DNA of 63,869 nucleotides, counting the filler, from Myxococcota bacterium (GTDB taxonomy: Bacteria > Myxococcota_C > UBA6777), in assembly GCA_023150835.1 (NCBI GenBank). It is 3 parts of 3 records of this genome, joined end to end, with 100 filler letters (N's around TTAATTAATTAA, not from the genome) between each part and the next. Parts side by side here need not be neighbours in the genome. Positions count along the whole stretch, not along the records: positions 27,426 to 48,855 come from JAKLKB010000125.1; 2 more parts are not named here. The stretch is one strand, 5' to 3'. The notes beneath the pieces are model-generated. The model was given only the letters and a program-made list of their open reading frames with translations, did not search any database and was not told the origin of the DNA. The position numbers were made by a program, and so were the translations under genes. Of this stretch, positions 27,595-38,956 are shown piece after piece. Positions within the stretch are counted from its first letter, which is position 1. Each line of letters begins with the position of its first letter.

Positions 27595-27747
27595 CAAAAA
27601 ACTACCCATGCCGCGCTGAACGCGCAGCACTCGCTTTCAGCAACAAAAGGCCCTTGTTTTACAAAGCGTCTGCCCTTATCGTGAACCCGATCTACACGCC
27701 AAACAAAGATCGCCCGCCCACCACCAACGCTTCAAAAGAAAGACAAC

Positions 27748-28845
27748 ATGATGCTGTCAAGAAGCCGCACCGCGCTGTGGATGCTCGCGATCTCCCTCTC
27801 TTTGCACGTTCTTTTGTGGCATGGGTTGCATATGTTAAAAATCACACCATTCTCCCCCCCAATGCCTCGAACTCTTCAGCTCCACCTCGCCATCCCCCAC
27901 CCACCTTCCCTGTCCGTCCGCTTGCCTCGCCCTGCCCCTCTTGTCCCCCCAAAAACCCCACCCCCTCGACCATCACAAAAATCGCCTAACCATCGCCGTT
28001 TTCACAAGAACACAAATCAGAACACCACAAACAAACAAACCACCTCACGCGCAAAAACAACCCGAACAAAAGCCATCCGCCCAAGCCCAACACAAAAAAA
28101 ACCACCGCTTCACCGCCAAGCCCATCCCGTCCAAAAACAACCCTCCGTCGAATCTTACCATCAACTACAACTTCCTTCTTCGACTCAAAAAATATCCGTC
28201 CATCCATCTTTTGAAACCCTACAACAACTCCCCCACCACAAGCATACCCCCCCTAACAAACACTCCTCGAAACAGCCTTGGGCAGGAACCGATCGTTTCT
28301 CACGACGTATGCAAGCCTACCACCAACGCTGGAAGGAGCAAAATGACGCAAGGGTCGGCCTAACGGACCACTTCCTGAGCAAGGCATCCACCCTCGTCGA
28401 TCGATGTTTGGAAGCGTGGTTTTATGACTCCTTCAAAAAGACGGTCGAGTCGCTTGGCTCCTTGGCTCCCTTTCACTCATGGGAAGGCCGTTTCGTCATC
28501 ACATGGGACGCAAATCACAAGACGCGCACACAGCTCGTCTTCTCCAAGGGTTTGCGCATGATCGACCAAGCTCTACTCAACAAAGCCACCCAATGCAGCA
28601 AACAAATCCAACTCCCCAAACGACTACACGGAAAATACGTTACCCTCACCCTACAAACCACAGGAAAAGCGGTCCGAAATTACGCATTACACAAGCTTGT
28701 CGGAATCGAAGAGGAACGTAATCCACACACCCAACAGATGGAGTACAACTTCACTCACATCGGTAAGCTACACATTTCGGCGAACACACTCTTTTTGCGC
28801 GGCTCCATCCGTAAAAACAGCTTTCCGACAGATTTGGCTCGTTGA
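27748..28845 (+). CDS. Hypothetical single-pass membrane protein with Pro/Lys-rich linker (TonB-like architecture)
   Basis: N-terminal TM with SLSLH, Pro-rich spacer, C-terminal S.G...ID.A.L motif. Confidence 0.6.
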   Translation: MMLSRSRTALWMLAISLSLHVLLWHGLHMLKITPFSPPMPRTLQLHLAIPHPPSLSVRLPRPAPLVPPKTPPPRPSQKSPNHRRFHKNTNQNTTNKQTTSRAKTTRTKAIRPSPTQKKPPLHRQAHPVQKQPSVESYHQLQLPSSTQKISVHPSFETLQQLPHHKHTPPNKHSSKQPWAGTDRFSRRMQAYHQRWKEQNDARVGLTDHFLSKASTLVDRCLEAWFYDSFKKTVESLGSLAPFHSWEGRFVITWDANHKTRTQLVFSKGLRMIDQALLNKATQCSKQIQLPKRLHGKYVTLTLQTTGKAVRNYALHKLVGIEEERNPHTQQMEYNFTHIGKLHISANTLFLRGSIRKNSFPTDLAR

Positions 28846-29093
28846 ACGCAAACAGTGAATCGCACAACCCCCAAAGCCACCGAACACTCCGTCGAATACA
28901 GCACAGCCCAAAACAAAATTCAGATGACAGATTTGACCCCTGCAAAGTCCGCATTAGAATACAGAAGCCCAACGGAGGACAGCAGCCTCTTGCCTAACCA
29001 CCCAACCTTGTACAAAGACCGGTGGACCTCCGCAACGTCACCGACGCTACCACACCCGCTCTGCCTCCACGCAAAGCAAGCGGAGGATTTTTG

Positions 29094-29981
29094 ATGAAAG
29101 ACCACAGAGAGAAAGACGTCACCCTCGTCGGCAAATTGCCCGGCGTCCTCCCCAAAGCCAAAAACGCTTGCCTTGTGGTTCTTTACGGCCCAGACCTCGG
29201 CAAACGCTACACTCTCCAAGCAGAAGGACACGCAAACATCGGGCGCTCCGACAAAGCGCAGATCTACGTTGAACGCGACTCTGTCTCTCGAAACCACGCG
29301 CAGATCCGAAGTGAAAACGGACAATACATCGCCGAAGACCTCGGAAGCACCAACGGAACCTTTGTGAACGATGCCCAAATCCATACAGCCGTCCCCTTGT
29401 CCGACGGCGATCTGATCAAAACGGGAGAGGTGATCTTTAAATTCCTCAGCCGCGACAACCTCGAAAATGTCTACCACGAAGAACTCTACCGGCTCGCAAC
29501 CCAAGATGGCCTCACGATGGCCTATAACAAACGCTTCTTCCTAGACAACATCGAACGAGAATTCAGCCGCGCCCGTCGTTACCGACGCCATCTCAGTTTG
29601 ATCCTCATGGACCTTGATCATTTCAAACAAATTAACGACACCTACGGACACCTCGCGGGAGACTACGTACTCAAAAAAACAGCCCGCCTCATCCAAAGCC
29701 ATATCCGCCGAGAAGATATCTTCGCACGTTACGGCGGCGAAGAATTCGCCCTACTCTTGCCTGAAACAGATCGCCCCCAAGCCCTCGGACTGGCGGAAAA
29801 GTTACGACAACTTGTCGCAGGACAAGACGTGCTTTTTGATCGCTATGCGATCCGAGTCACCCTCAGCTTGGGCGCAGCAACCGCCGACGTCGAAACGGAA
29901 AACACACACCAACTTCTCCAAGACGCTGACGCTTACCTCTACCACGCCAAACGCAGCGGGCGAAACCGTGTTTGCGGATGA
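29094..29981 (+). CDS. FHA-GGDEF diguanylate cyclase
   Basis: IGR, VSRNHA, EDLGSTNGTFVN (FHA); DLDHFK, RRED I-site, RYGGEEF; GGAGG RBS. Confidence 0.93.
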   Translation: MKDHREKDVTLVGKLPGVLPKAKNACLVVLYGPDLGKRYTLQAEGHANIGRSDKAQIYVERDSVSRNHAQIRSENGQYIAEDLGSTNGTFVNDAQIHTAVPLSDGDLIKTGEVIFKFLSRDNLENVYHEELYRLATQDGLTMAYNKRFFLDNIEREFSRARRYRRHLSLILMDLDHFKQINDTYGHLAGDYVLKKTARLIQSHIRREDIFARYGGEEFALLLPETDRPQALGLAEKLRQLVAGQDVLFDRYAIRVTLSLGAATADVETENTHQLLQDADAYLYHAKRSGRNRVCG

Positions 29982-30060
29982 ACCGCCCTTCCCCACCAAC
30001 ACCCTCCTTCCCAAACCGCCCTAACCTCCCTAAGCCCGCCGCTGCCCTCGAAACCGTCCC

Positions 30061-31038
30061 TCACATCTCCCCCATCCCTTCCTGTAACCATTCCAATGTT
30101 CTTGACAGCCCTTCTTCGACGCTGACCGTTGGCTGGTATCCCAACAAATGCCGAGCCATCGAGATATCCGCACAAGAATGTTTGATCTCCCCTGCGCGTG
30201 CTTCCGCATAACGCAAGCGACTCGGGGATTCACACAAAGACATCACCAACTCCGCAAGACGCGTAATCGTCACAGCACGCCCTGTTCCCACATTAATCGA
30301 TTCTCCCCGTGAGACCGGACCAAAACAACCTAACAATAGCGCCTGTACGATATCCTCTACAAAAACGAAATCTCTTGTCTGACGGCCATCCCCAAAGATC
30401 AACAACTCCTGACCCAGCAACGCACGCTGCAAAAACAACGAGATGACCCCAGAATACGGGCTCCTCGGATCTTGGCGCGGCCCAAAAACATTAAAAAAAC
30501 GCAACGACACCGCTGGGACGGCATAATGCAACGCGTAAACGCGCAACCACCCCTCACTGGTTAACTTATTCAACCCGTACGGAGAAAGCGGAAACGTCGG
30601 CATATCCTCGCGCATCTGCTCAGCTTCCAAATCCCCGTAAGTCGCTGCTGACGAGGCAAAAACGATCTTCTTTACACCGCTACAACGGGCAAATTCTAAC
30701 AACTGCAATGTCGCCACTTGGTTGATTTGGATATCTTCAAGCGGCTTCACCAAAGAACGCGGAACAGACGTCTGTGCGGCCAAATGAATGATCCGATCGA
30801 TCGGTTCGTCTTGTTGTGCCGCAAACAAAGACGGCCACAAAGAAGACGTGATATCCGCCTCGATCAAACGAAATCCCAAACCACCTTCGTAACGCAAAAG
30901 ATTTTCCCGAGAACCCGTCGAAAAATTATCGATCACCACCACACGTGCGCCGCGCTCTAACAGAGCCTCCACCACGTGCGAGCCGATAAACCCCGCCCCC
31001 CCCGTCACCAACACACGCTCACCCGCAAGTTCCGACAT
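30061..31038 (-). CDS. NAD-dependent epimerase/dehydratase (UDP-sugar 4-epimerase-like)
   Basis: VTGGAGFIGSH, FASSAATYG, SPYGLNK, RFFNVFGPRQDP, GDGRQTRDFVFV. Confidence 0.93.
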   Translation of the reverse strand: MSELAGERVLVTGGAGFIGSHVVEALLERGARVVVIDNFSTGSRENLLRYEGGLGFRLIEADITSSLWPSLFAAQQDEPIDRIIHLAAQTSVPRSLVKPLEDIQINQVATLQLLEFARCSGVKKIVFASSAATYGDLEAEQMREDMPTFPLSPYGLNKLTSEGWLRVYALHYAVPAVSLRFFNVFGPRQDPRSPYSGVISLFLQRALLGQELLIFGDGRQTRDFVFVEDIVQALLLGCFGPVSRGESINVGTGRAVTITRLAELVMSLCESPSRLRYAEARAGEIKHSCADISMARHLLGYQPTVSVEEGLSRTLEWLQEGMGEM

Positions 31039-31321
31039 CCACAACTCCTTCTTCCACAGCGAAAAAACGTCACGCTCCGCGCAAAGCGGTGATTCAAAAA
31101 CCCATGCGGAAAAGGCGCAAACGGCACGTCAAATCAAGCTTTTCCAACCATCCAAAACGCTGGGACACCGCTCAAAAAGCTCCGCCATACTAGCGCAACC
31201 CACCACCCCCACGCAAAACATTCCTCTTTGTCCACAACAACCCGCGTCGAAAACAGCCCATACATCGGACGTTCCCTCTTCCCCCAAACCGCCTTAACCC
31301 CCAACACAACCACCTATCCCC

Positions 31322-33511
31322 TCAAGAAGGCGTATGGATATGCAACATCTCACCATTTTTCACAAAAAGCGTTCCTTGAAAGATCGCAGAACCATCCACA
31401 TGGACAAACTTGTCCCCCACAACCGTTTTGTTGATCGACAAAAACCCTAGAGGCTTGAGCGTTTCAGCATCCCGAACCTCAATACCCGAATGAAACAACA
31501 CAAAGAGTTTCTTGCGATCCTTGGAAAGCCCCATCGCATGGCCCAAAGCACGCGTTCGGACTTGAGCCTTCGCTGCGGCAAGGCTCAAGGGTACACGCAC
31601 CAACAAAGCGGCTTTCGCGCTGTACACCAACAACGCCTGCTGATCGGGCGTAAACAACAAGCCGTAGGGGGTCTTTGGAATCGGCTTCTGCAACGTCTTG
31701 CCCGTCACCGTATCCACGACGATCACATGCCCCTGTTGATTCGGTAATTCCGTGTATTCCGCCAAGGCGATCTTGGCCATCCCTTCGCTCGCAACGATCC
31801 GCTCTAGGCGATACTGATGTTGAAAACGTGCGATAATCTGGCGATCTCCAGAAGGCCACTTGATCCCCAAAAGCGCCTTGCGTTGGGGTTGATCGGCAGG
31901 AAGCCTACAATCATCTTGGTAGCCTTCCTCGCGCAACAGCAACAAACGGCTGCTTGGTTGATCAAACCCCACAACACGGAACTGACGGTGGCATCCAGAG
32001 GACACCAACGAAAGATGACCCGTAATGACGTTATTGCGAACGTCCCAATGCAAGTACACCGTACGCTTGCGGCCTTGTAGTTGCGCTGTTTGCGGCAGGT
32101 GTAGCAACAAACCACCGACACCTCGATCCAGATCAAGATGCGCGACTTCCAGATCGCCCGAAGCCTTGCGAATCCCTCGGAACCACGGATGCAATGAACG
32201 ATGCTTTAACAAATAGTCTCGGATCGGCGGCTTTAACGTCACCAATCGTTTACGCGGCGTGTACCACACCGAGACCGAGCGATCCGAGCAAAAAGCCTCC
32301 GTGTAACGCCCCGTCATCCCGAGCAATACAGTGTTTTTTGATGCGCCGATCGCTCGGATCTGTTCCGAAAGACCATGCCGATAACGCTGCACATCTACCC
32401 GACCAAAGCGCGTTTGAATATGGGCTTGATCTGTAAAACGCGGCGCGGCCACAGGATTGTACTTGGTGCGTTCTTGCGCACAATGCGCCTTCCATCCCGC
32501 CAACACAGCATCCCCGTCAACGGACGGAGACACGTAAGAAGGCTCCACAGGCTGCATCGATGTCATGCCTGCTCCGTTCGGTGGTTGCACAGTTCCCTGA
32601 AGAGACGGACCCATCGGAGGCACAACAGACGGTGCGTGTGGCGGTTGGACCAGAGAAGGTGTTGCAGACGGATACACTCGATTTGAGGGACTCAACGATG
32701 CTGTTGCACGTTGATAGCGACGGGGTTGGACGACAGAGGGCGTCGCAGGAGCATACCCACGCGGACGCACAGACGAAGCCGTCGCAGAGAGATAAGCACG
32801 CGGGTTGGCGTGAGGCAAAGCGTCCGGTGAGGGCTGTGGTGCGACCTCGTGGCCTTGCGCCAACGCACCATAACGATGCAGTCGTTGTTGCAAACGTGCC
32901 TTCCGCGCCAAGACGAAGCGCAATGCCCCTTGGTATCGGAGCATCACAGAAAGATGTTGTTGTGCGCGTTGGGCATAAGCAGCCTGCTCGCCCTGTTCGA
33001 GAGAATCGGCGTGTTGTCGGTAACTTTGGTACAAACGCCGATGCGATCGGATCGCAAGACGATATGCCCGCTCTTTCCGAGACAATTGAGCCATCACCCG
33101 ATGAATCTGCGCCGCACGCAACTTCCATTGAAACCGCTGATGCTCGCGGTTGACTTGCCTCTGATGCTCGTGGCGCAATGCCCGATCCGCATCACTTTGT
33201 TCTTGATCGTCGCGCCACTTCGGATCGCTCTGTCCGCCCGGATATCGGCGATCGACTCCATACGGCTGTTGCGGTGTGTGCATCGAATACGCACCGTGTG
33301 CTGGTTGGTGTGGAGAGGGACGCGATGGATCGACTTGACCATAGCGCCCTTGCGTCGGTTGTAAACGACGCCCCCATGTCGGTTGCGCTTCGTCTGCGGG
33401 AGGCCCTTGCCGATACACCACAGAGCCTTCTTGATGACCCACACAGCCCGAAACCAACAGGCCAAACATCAAGACCATCATCCCTTTTGTTGCGTTGTGT
33501 GTTCTGTCCAT
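31322..33511 (-). CDS. Putative lipoprotein with coiled coil and C-terminal beta-propeller-like domain
   Basis: Lipobox LVSGC, Q/R-rich helix, low-complexity linker, beta-rich C-terminus (PYGLLFTPD). Confidence 0.65.
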   Translation of the reverse strand: MDRTHNATKGMMVLMFGLLVSGCVGHQEGSVVYRQGPPADEAQPTWGRRLQPTQGRYGQVDPSRPSPHQPAHGAYSMHTPQQPYGVDRRYPGGQSDPKWRDDQEQSDADRALRHEHQRQVNREHQRFQWKLRAAQIHRVMAQLSRKERAYRLAIRSHRRLYQSYRQHADSLEQGEQAAYAQRAQQHLSVMLRYQGALRFVLARKARLQQRLHRYGALAQGHEVAPQPSPDALPHANPRAYLSATASSVRPRGYAPATPSVVQPRRYQRATASLSPSNRVYPSATPSLVQPPHAPSVVPPMGPSLQGTVQPPNGAGMTSMQPVEPSYVSPSVDGDAVLAGWKAHCAQERTKYNPVAAPRFTDQAHIQTRFGRVDVQRYRHGLSEQIRAIGASKNTVLLGMTGRYTEAFCSDRSVSVWYTPRKRLVTLKPPIRDYLLKHRSLHPWFRGIRKASGDLEVAHLDLDRGVGGLLLHLPQTAQLQGRKRTVYLHWDVRNNVITGHLSLVSSGCHRQFRVVGFDQPSSRLLLLREEGYQDDCRLPADQPQRKALLGIKWPSGDRQIIARFQHQYRLERIVASEGMAKIALAEYTELPNQQGHVIVVDTVTGKTLQKPIPKTPYGLLFTPDQQALLVYSAKAALLVRVPLSLAAAKAQVRTRALGHAMGLSKDRKKLFVLFHSGIEVRDAETLKPLGFLSINKTVVGDKFVHVDGSAIFQGTLFVKNGEMLHIHTPS

Positions 33512-33837
33512 GGCTGATGCCCCTGCGTGTTTGTATTTGAAATGTTCCCCCGCACAACGATAGACCCCGCGCAAGGTTACAGTTCTGTTTGAAAAAGATC
33601 GCGCCCGCAAAGAATATGCCACCCCAAGATACTCTTGGGCTGATTGCAAAGACAAGCCCCTACCTTTTCAGCAAAAAGAACCCCGGTCCGGCGTCACCCG
33701 AGCTTTTGCGATGGTTCATGTCGCCGCTGCTTTAAGGTATGGCCTGCCCTCCCCTACCCCGCCCTTTGACATCAAGAAGCCGCTACTCCACCCCCTGCTT
33801 TGCTCACGGAGTATTCTTGCTCCATCGAACACGGTGC

Positions 33838-35019
33838 TTAGACTGCGCGCTCGACGATCAAAGCGACCGCCTCTCCGCCCCCAAGACACAACGTCGCAAG
33901 CCCTCGGCGCAAGCCCCGCTGCTCTAGCGCAGACAACAACGTCACCAAAACACGCGCCCCACTCGCCCCGATCGGATGACCCAAAGCGATCGCGCCACCG
34001 TTCACGTTCACACGCTCCTCGGACAATTCCAACTCTTTCATCACCGCCAACGTGCTCGATGCAAACGCTTCGTTGACCTCGTAGAGATCGATATCACCTC
34101 GCGAGAGACCTGCTTTTTTCAACACTTTGGGGATCGATTTGATCGGCGCGACCAACACATCATGCGGCTCGATACCCGCCGAAGCTTGCGCTCCAACACG
34201 CCCCAATACCCGCAATCCGTGCTTCTCAGCATAAGCCCGCGACACCACCACCAACGCCGCCGCACCATCCGATATCTTCGAAGCATTGGCCGCTGTCACC
34301 GTACCATCCTTCTTAAACACCGCACGCAACGACGCCATCTTCTCCAACGGAGATGCACGCACCGCCTCATCGTCCAAAAAGGCCAACGCTTCGCCTTTTT
34401 TTTGCGGGATCATCACAGGCATCCGTTCTGCATCAAAGCGCCCCGACCGCACCGACGCCAACGCCCGCTCATAAGAACGAAACGCATAAGCATCCTGCTC
34501 CTCTCTCGACACGCCGAACTTTTCGGCCACAAGATCCGCTGTATAACCCATGTGGAAGTCGTTGTTCACATCCCACAAACCATCGCGGATCATCGCATCC
34601 CACATCTCACCATGCCCCATCCGATAGCCCGTTCGCGCCTTCGGCAAAAGATATGGCGCTTGTGACATCACCTCCATCCCTCCCGCCACCACCACTTCCG
34701 CATCACCACAAGCGACCGCTTGCGCAGCCAACATCACCGCCTTCAATCCCGAACCACACACCTTATTCACCGTGATCGCGCCCACTTCGTACGGCAAAGC
34801 CGCTTTTAAGACCGCTTGACGCGCAGGATTCTGACCCAAACCATGCGGCAGCACATTTCCCATGATCACTTCATCGACCTGATCAGGCCCAACACCCGCA
34901 CGCTTCAGCGCCTCCACGATCACCAACCCCCCCAGTTCCGTCGCCGTAAAACCAGAAAGCCCCCCCTGAAAATTCCCTATCGCCGTTCTCACCGCACCAA
35001 CGATCACAACCTCACGCAT
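33838..35019 (-). CDS. Acetyl-CoA C-acetyltransferase (biosynthetic thiolase)
   Basis: NKVCGSGLKA, NEAFA, GHPIGASG, LCLGGG; start MREVVIV at 35019. Confidence 0.95.
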   Translation of the reverse strand: MREVVIVGAVRTAIGNFQGGLSGFTATELGGLVIVEALKRAGVGPDQVDEVIMGNVLPHGLGQNPARQAVLKAALPYEVGAITVNKVCGSGLKAVMLAAQAVACGDAEVVVAGGMEVMSQAPYLLPKARTGYRMGHGEMWDAMIRDGLWDVNNDFHMGYTADLVAEKFGVSREEQDAYAFRSYERALASVRSGRFDAERMPVMIPQKKGEALAFLDDEAVRASPLEKMASLRAVFKKDGTVTAANASKISDGAAALVVVSRAYAEKHGLRVLGRVGAQASAGIEPHDVLVAPIKSIPKVLKKAGLSRGDIDLYEVNEAFASSTLAVMKELELSEERVNVNGGAIALGHPIGASGARVLVTLLSALEQRGLRRGLATLCLGGGEAVALIVERAV

Positions 35020-35156
35020 ACGCCTTCTCCCTTCGTCGTCCGATCCGCACCCCGCAACGGGCGGATACATCGCCTTGCTCGATCTGCACCCAACAACGGG
35101 CACACAAAAACAAACGACGGTTATCACGACGACGCCCCAAAAAACAAGACGCCCTC

Positions 35157-38100
35157 TCATCGCACCCAGAGGTACGCAAACCCCTTGATCTTTTTGTCCC
35201 CATTATCGGGCGCTGCCGACCCTGCCGTTGACGCAAAATTGCCCACCACAAAATTGGCATCCGCAGATCCTCCCAAAAAGATCGCCGAATCCACCGAACC
35301 ACAATCAAATTGCTCGTTCCCCAACCAAGCGATCCGCGCCCATCCAACGACCCCTCCCGCAAGACCTCCCCCAGCCAGCACGTTGTAAGCTTCTCGCGCA
35401 CAATTCCGCTGCAACGAAGCATCCGGCAACATCGCCCTCCAAGCATCACGCCCTGCCCACTCATCAAACGAAACGCTCGTCCCTCCGACTTCGACTCCGC
35501 CTAGCGTACTCGATATCATCTCATACATCGACGCCATCGGCTTCGACAAGATCACGCGCTTGAGCTGCGCATCCACCTGTCCCAAGGCAGGTTCGCTGAT
35601 CGGTTGATCGTACGGGTGCATCCCGATCAACAAATGCGTGTACGCTACCGCATGATAACTCTGCAACTTCGCTTCTTTGTCTGGGAGGATCTTGATATCT
35701 TCTTCGTTCAGCGTGATAAGGTCGGTCCATCCGGGATTTGTCGCATAATAACCAAATCGACTTGCGGCCCCGCCTTGGTTGTGCCCGACCTTCATAATCA
35801 AGGTCCACCCGCCTCCATCGTAATCCATCTCGCAATGCACCCGAAAAGCCTTTGCGATCGGCTTGTGAACAGAGGACGGATGGATCCAATAAAACCCTGT
35901 TTTGGGCGGAGTGTTGGGGTCGTAAAACGAGGTGTTGCGGTAGGCAAGACAACTCGCCTCGATCGTTCCATCTGCGCGGACATATCCGCCATCTGCATCT
36001 TTCGTTGGATCCTTTATGGTCGAAAGATCCGCCCCAACATATTGAAAACCTTGGCGTGTGCCGCTTTCGGTGCCGAACACCTCGCGCACCGAAACAAAGG
36101 CCATCCGAGCATGGCGCTTGTACGCCAAGACTCCCGATACATCGGGACCTGCGTTGCCTGCGTAGGCTTTGTCTCCTTTGTAATCAGCTTCAAACTTCGG
36201 GCCGATCCCTACGAATCCATCGGGCTGATCACAAGTACTCGCGCCTGCCAATAAACCGATCCGCACAGCTTCGATGGCTTGGGCTTTTCCACCTCCATCG
36301 CGCTTTACACAAAACCCTTGACGATTGCACAACGCCCGCAGATACGGGATCTCTCCACTCGCCAACGATACGCTGCTTTCCCACGATTGCCTTTCCGAAC
36401 TGCTCGCCAAGAATCCACCTTGCGCATTGAACGGTGCCACCGCGCCCGATGCTCCAGAACAATCCAACAGCGCAGCACGCAAGGAAGCTCCACGCTGCCA
36501 AAGAAGGTGTTCGGTAGACGGAGGAAAGGCCCCACTTAACTTGGTCGGATCGATCGGATCAAACGGCATCATCTGAAGCAAGACCGATCCAAAAGGCAAC
36601 ACATCGTACGCAATCAAGCGCGCTGCTTGGGCGTCTGGAAGAACAAGATCACGCTTCAAACGCCCCCGACCTCCCGGACCGAGCGCAGGAGTCGTACAGA
36701 AAAACCGTGACAATCGCGTACTGGCCTCCGCATCACAATGCGTCCAGATCTCGTTTTCAAACGACCATTTCTCGTCACGCCCATCGATCTTCAACGCCAG
36801 ACTCCAGCCCCCGCCTCGCTTCGTCATCTGGCAATACACCTTCACAGGCCCTTCCGCCCCGGGTGGCTGGATCCAATACAGGCCGTCGTTGCGCGGCAAA
36901 CTCTCTTGATGGTACAACCGCCCCAAATAACCCGCACAACTCATCGGATACGTCCCATCCAACCAGCGATACACGCGATCAACATCTTGTACCAGCAACG
37001 CTCGCGCAGGAAGCAGCCTTACATACACCCACGCAAAGCCCGGATTCACCGCATCTTTGTTTTTGACTTGCGCCGCTGTTCCTTCATGTTCAGGAACCCC
37101 CGTCGCAAAGTTCCCACTCGTCACCACCGCCCCGCCACCCGACGAAGCATACGGAACCACCTGCGCCCCCACGCCGAGGAATGAATGCCCTGCGATGCTC
37201 GTGCAACCGTACTCACTCCACACGATCCCCAAGCGCAACGCACGAACCATCGAGCTTGTCGGGTATGTATTCGTGGCGATGTTGATGCCTTGCCACAAAC
37301 ACGAAGATGGCGCGGTGTGATACGTCGCCTTGGGCAACAAGCCCAACCACGCACTCGAACGCTCTTCTCTCTGAACCGGCAGATAACGCTCTTGTGAGAT
37401 CAACCTTCGCAGAGAATTGCCTCGGTACCCCATAACGAGATTGCCGACTTTTCCGACTGGATCGTTGGCATCTCGCATCTTCAGCATCACCTGAGACAAA
37501 GGGATCGAGCCATACGTCCCAAACAGCGCCTCTTTTGCACTCTCATCCAAACTATCTTCATTCAACCCGCCTTGCGAGGACAACCAATACGGCGAATCAT
37601 ACGCAAAAGTCGGATACCGCCCATCTGCCTTGAGGACCAACGTCCATCCCCCGCCTTGGGTCGTCATCTCGCAATAAGCCAAGCTCGGAGCATCCGCTGC
37701 TGTCGGCTTGATCGCATACACTCCGTCGTCTGTAGAAGCGCGATAAAATCGTGAAGGCGGATAACGGTATCCCATGCAGCTTGACGCAACACTTCCATCG
37801 CTCCAACGCCTCGCACTCACGGGAGATTGTGTATAGACGACTGCTTTTTGAATGCACTCACCTTGAACGCATTGTGCGTCAGCACCGCAGTCTGGATCGA
37901 TCAAACAGCTTGCACAGACCCCACCTTTACACGCTTGACCTTGCGGACAATGCGAAGACTTGGCGCATACCTGACACAGATTGCCGATACAGTAAGGCTT
38001 GGTCGCGTCCCGCACCTGACAATGTTGATCCGTCTCACAAGCCACACAACGCGACGAAGACAGCGAACAGATCTTTGGATCGTTCGGATCTTTCGCACAA

Positions 38101-38933
38101 TCCGCATCCGCTTTGCACTCGATACATCGGCCTTTCTCACAACGCTTGCTTGCACAATCCGCATCACGCAAACAAGCCACACACGCGCCCTGATCGCAAA
38201 ACAGACCCGATCCACAATCCACATCCGCAAGACACGGCGAACACGATCGATGGATGCAGGCCAAAGGAGCCGTACAATCGGCTGTTTTCAAACAAACCAC
38301 GCAACGGCTTGCTTGACGATCACAAAAAGGTGTCGTCGGATTGCGCCCAACCTTGGTACAGTCGGCATCTTCGCGGCATGGAACACAACGTTTTTGATAA
38401 CAAATCGGCTCGTGTGGTTTGCAGTCCGTATGAAGCAAACACTCCACGCACTCTCCTTGGCTTTGGCCCGCCTCTGTGTTGCAAAAAAACCCAGAAAAGC
38501 AATCCTCGTTCTTGCGGCATCCGAGCGATGGATCGGGAGGATTCGACGATTCGGACGGCGGAAGCTCTGTGCCTTCGGGGGGCTGCGTTGTTTCTTTCGA
38601 GCCATCGGGAAGTTGAGCAGGTTCCTCCGAACCGTCAGGCGGTTGGGTGAGGTCGGGAGGAGACTCATCCCCAGCATCGGACTCAATGATATTGTTTTTT
38701 TCTCCGTTGGTTTCGCGTTTTTCGTCCGAAGTGCTCTCGCCGATTACTGCATTCTCTCGGTTGGCCTGAGCACGCGCAAACGGCACACAGACCGAACGCT
38801 CACACAAAAACGCCCCGATCGGTCGACAATCTCCATCGTTTCGACAAAACCACGTGTCGACAGGGGCCGGATCTCCGTTGCAGCCCCCTTGACCGAACCA
38901 AAGCAAGCCGAACAAAAGCCAAACACGCCGCAT
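35157..38933 (-). CDS. Cys-rich lipoprotein with three fibrinogen-like (YCxMxxxGGGWTL) domains
   Basis: Lipobox GGC; many C..D.DC..C...C repeats; YCEMTTQGGGWTL, YCQMTKRGGGWSL, HCEMDYDGGGWTL; ends YLWVR. Confidence 0.85.
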   Translation of the reverse strand: MRRVWLLFGLLWFGQGGCNGDPAPVDTWFCRNDGDCRPIGAFLCERSVCVPFARAQANRENAVIGESTSDEKRETNGEKNNIIESDAGDESPPDLTQPPDGSEEPAQLPDGSKETTQPPEGTELPPSESSNPPDPSLGCRKNEDCFSGFFCNTEAGQSQGECVECLLHTDCKPHEPICYQKRCVPCREDADCTKVGRNPTTPFCDRQASRCVVCLKTADCTAPLACIHRSCSPCLADVDCGSGLFCDQGACVACLRDADCASKRCEKGRCIECKADADCAKDPNDPKICSLSSSRCVACETDQHCQVRDATKPYCIGNLCQVCAKSSHCPQGQACKGGVCASCLIDPDCGADAQCVQGECIQKAVVYTQSPVSARRWSDGSVASSCMGYRYPPSRFYRASTDDGVYAIKPTAADAPSLAYCEMTTQGGGWTLVLKADGRYPTFAYDSPYWLSSQGGLNEDSLDESAKEALFGTYGSIPLSQVMLKMRDANDPVGKVGNLVMGYRGNSLRRLISQERYLPVQREERSSAWLGLLPKATYHTAPSSCLWQGINIATNTYPTSSMVRALRLGIVWSEYGCTSIAGHSFLGVGAQVVPYASSGGGAVVTSGNFATGVPEHEGTAAQVKNKDAVNPGFAWVYVRLLPARALLVQDVDRVYRWLDGTYPMSCAGYLGRLYHQESLPRNDGLYWIQPPGAEGPVKVYCQMTKRGGGWSLALKIDGRDEKWSFENEIWTHCDAEASTRLSRFFCTTPALGPGGRGRLKRDLVLPDAQAARLIAYDVLPFGSVLLQMMPFDPIDPTKLSGAFPPSTEHLLWQRGASLRAALLDCSGASGAVAPFNAQGGFLASSSERQSWESSVSLASGEIPYLRALCNRQGFCVKRDGGGKAQAIEAVRIGLLAGASTCDQPDGFVGIGPKFEADYKGDKAYAGNAGPDVSGVLAYKRHARMAFVSVREVFGTESGTRQGFQYVGADLSTIKDPTKDADGGYVRADGTIEASCLAYRNTSFYDPNTPPKTGFYWIHPSSVHKPIAKAFRVHCEMDYDGGGWTLIMKVGHNQGGAASRFGYYATNPGWTDLITLNEEDIKILPDKEAKLQSYHAVAYTHLLIGMHPYDQPISEPALGQVDAQLKRVILSKPMASMYEMISSTLGGVEVGGTSVSFDEWAGRDAWRAMLPDASLQRNCAREAYNVLAGGGLAGGVVGWARIAWLGNEQFDCGSVDSAIFLGGSADANFVVGNFASTAGSAAPDNGDKKIKGFAYLWVR

Positions 38934-38956
38934 CGTCGCCTCTCTTTCGTGGTGCG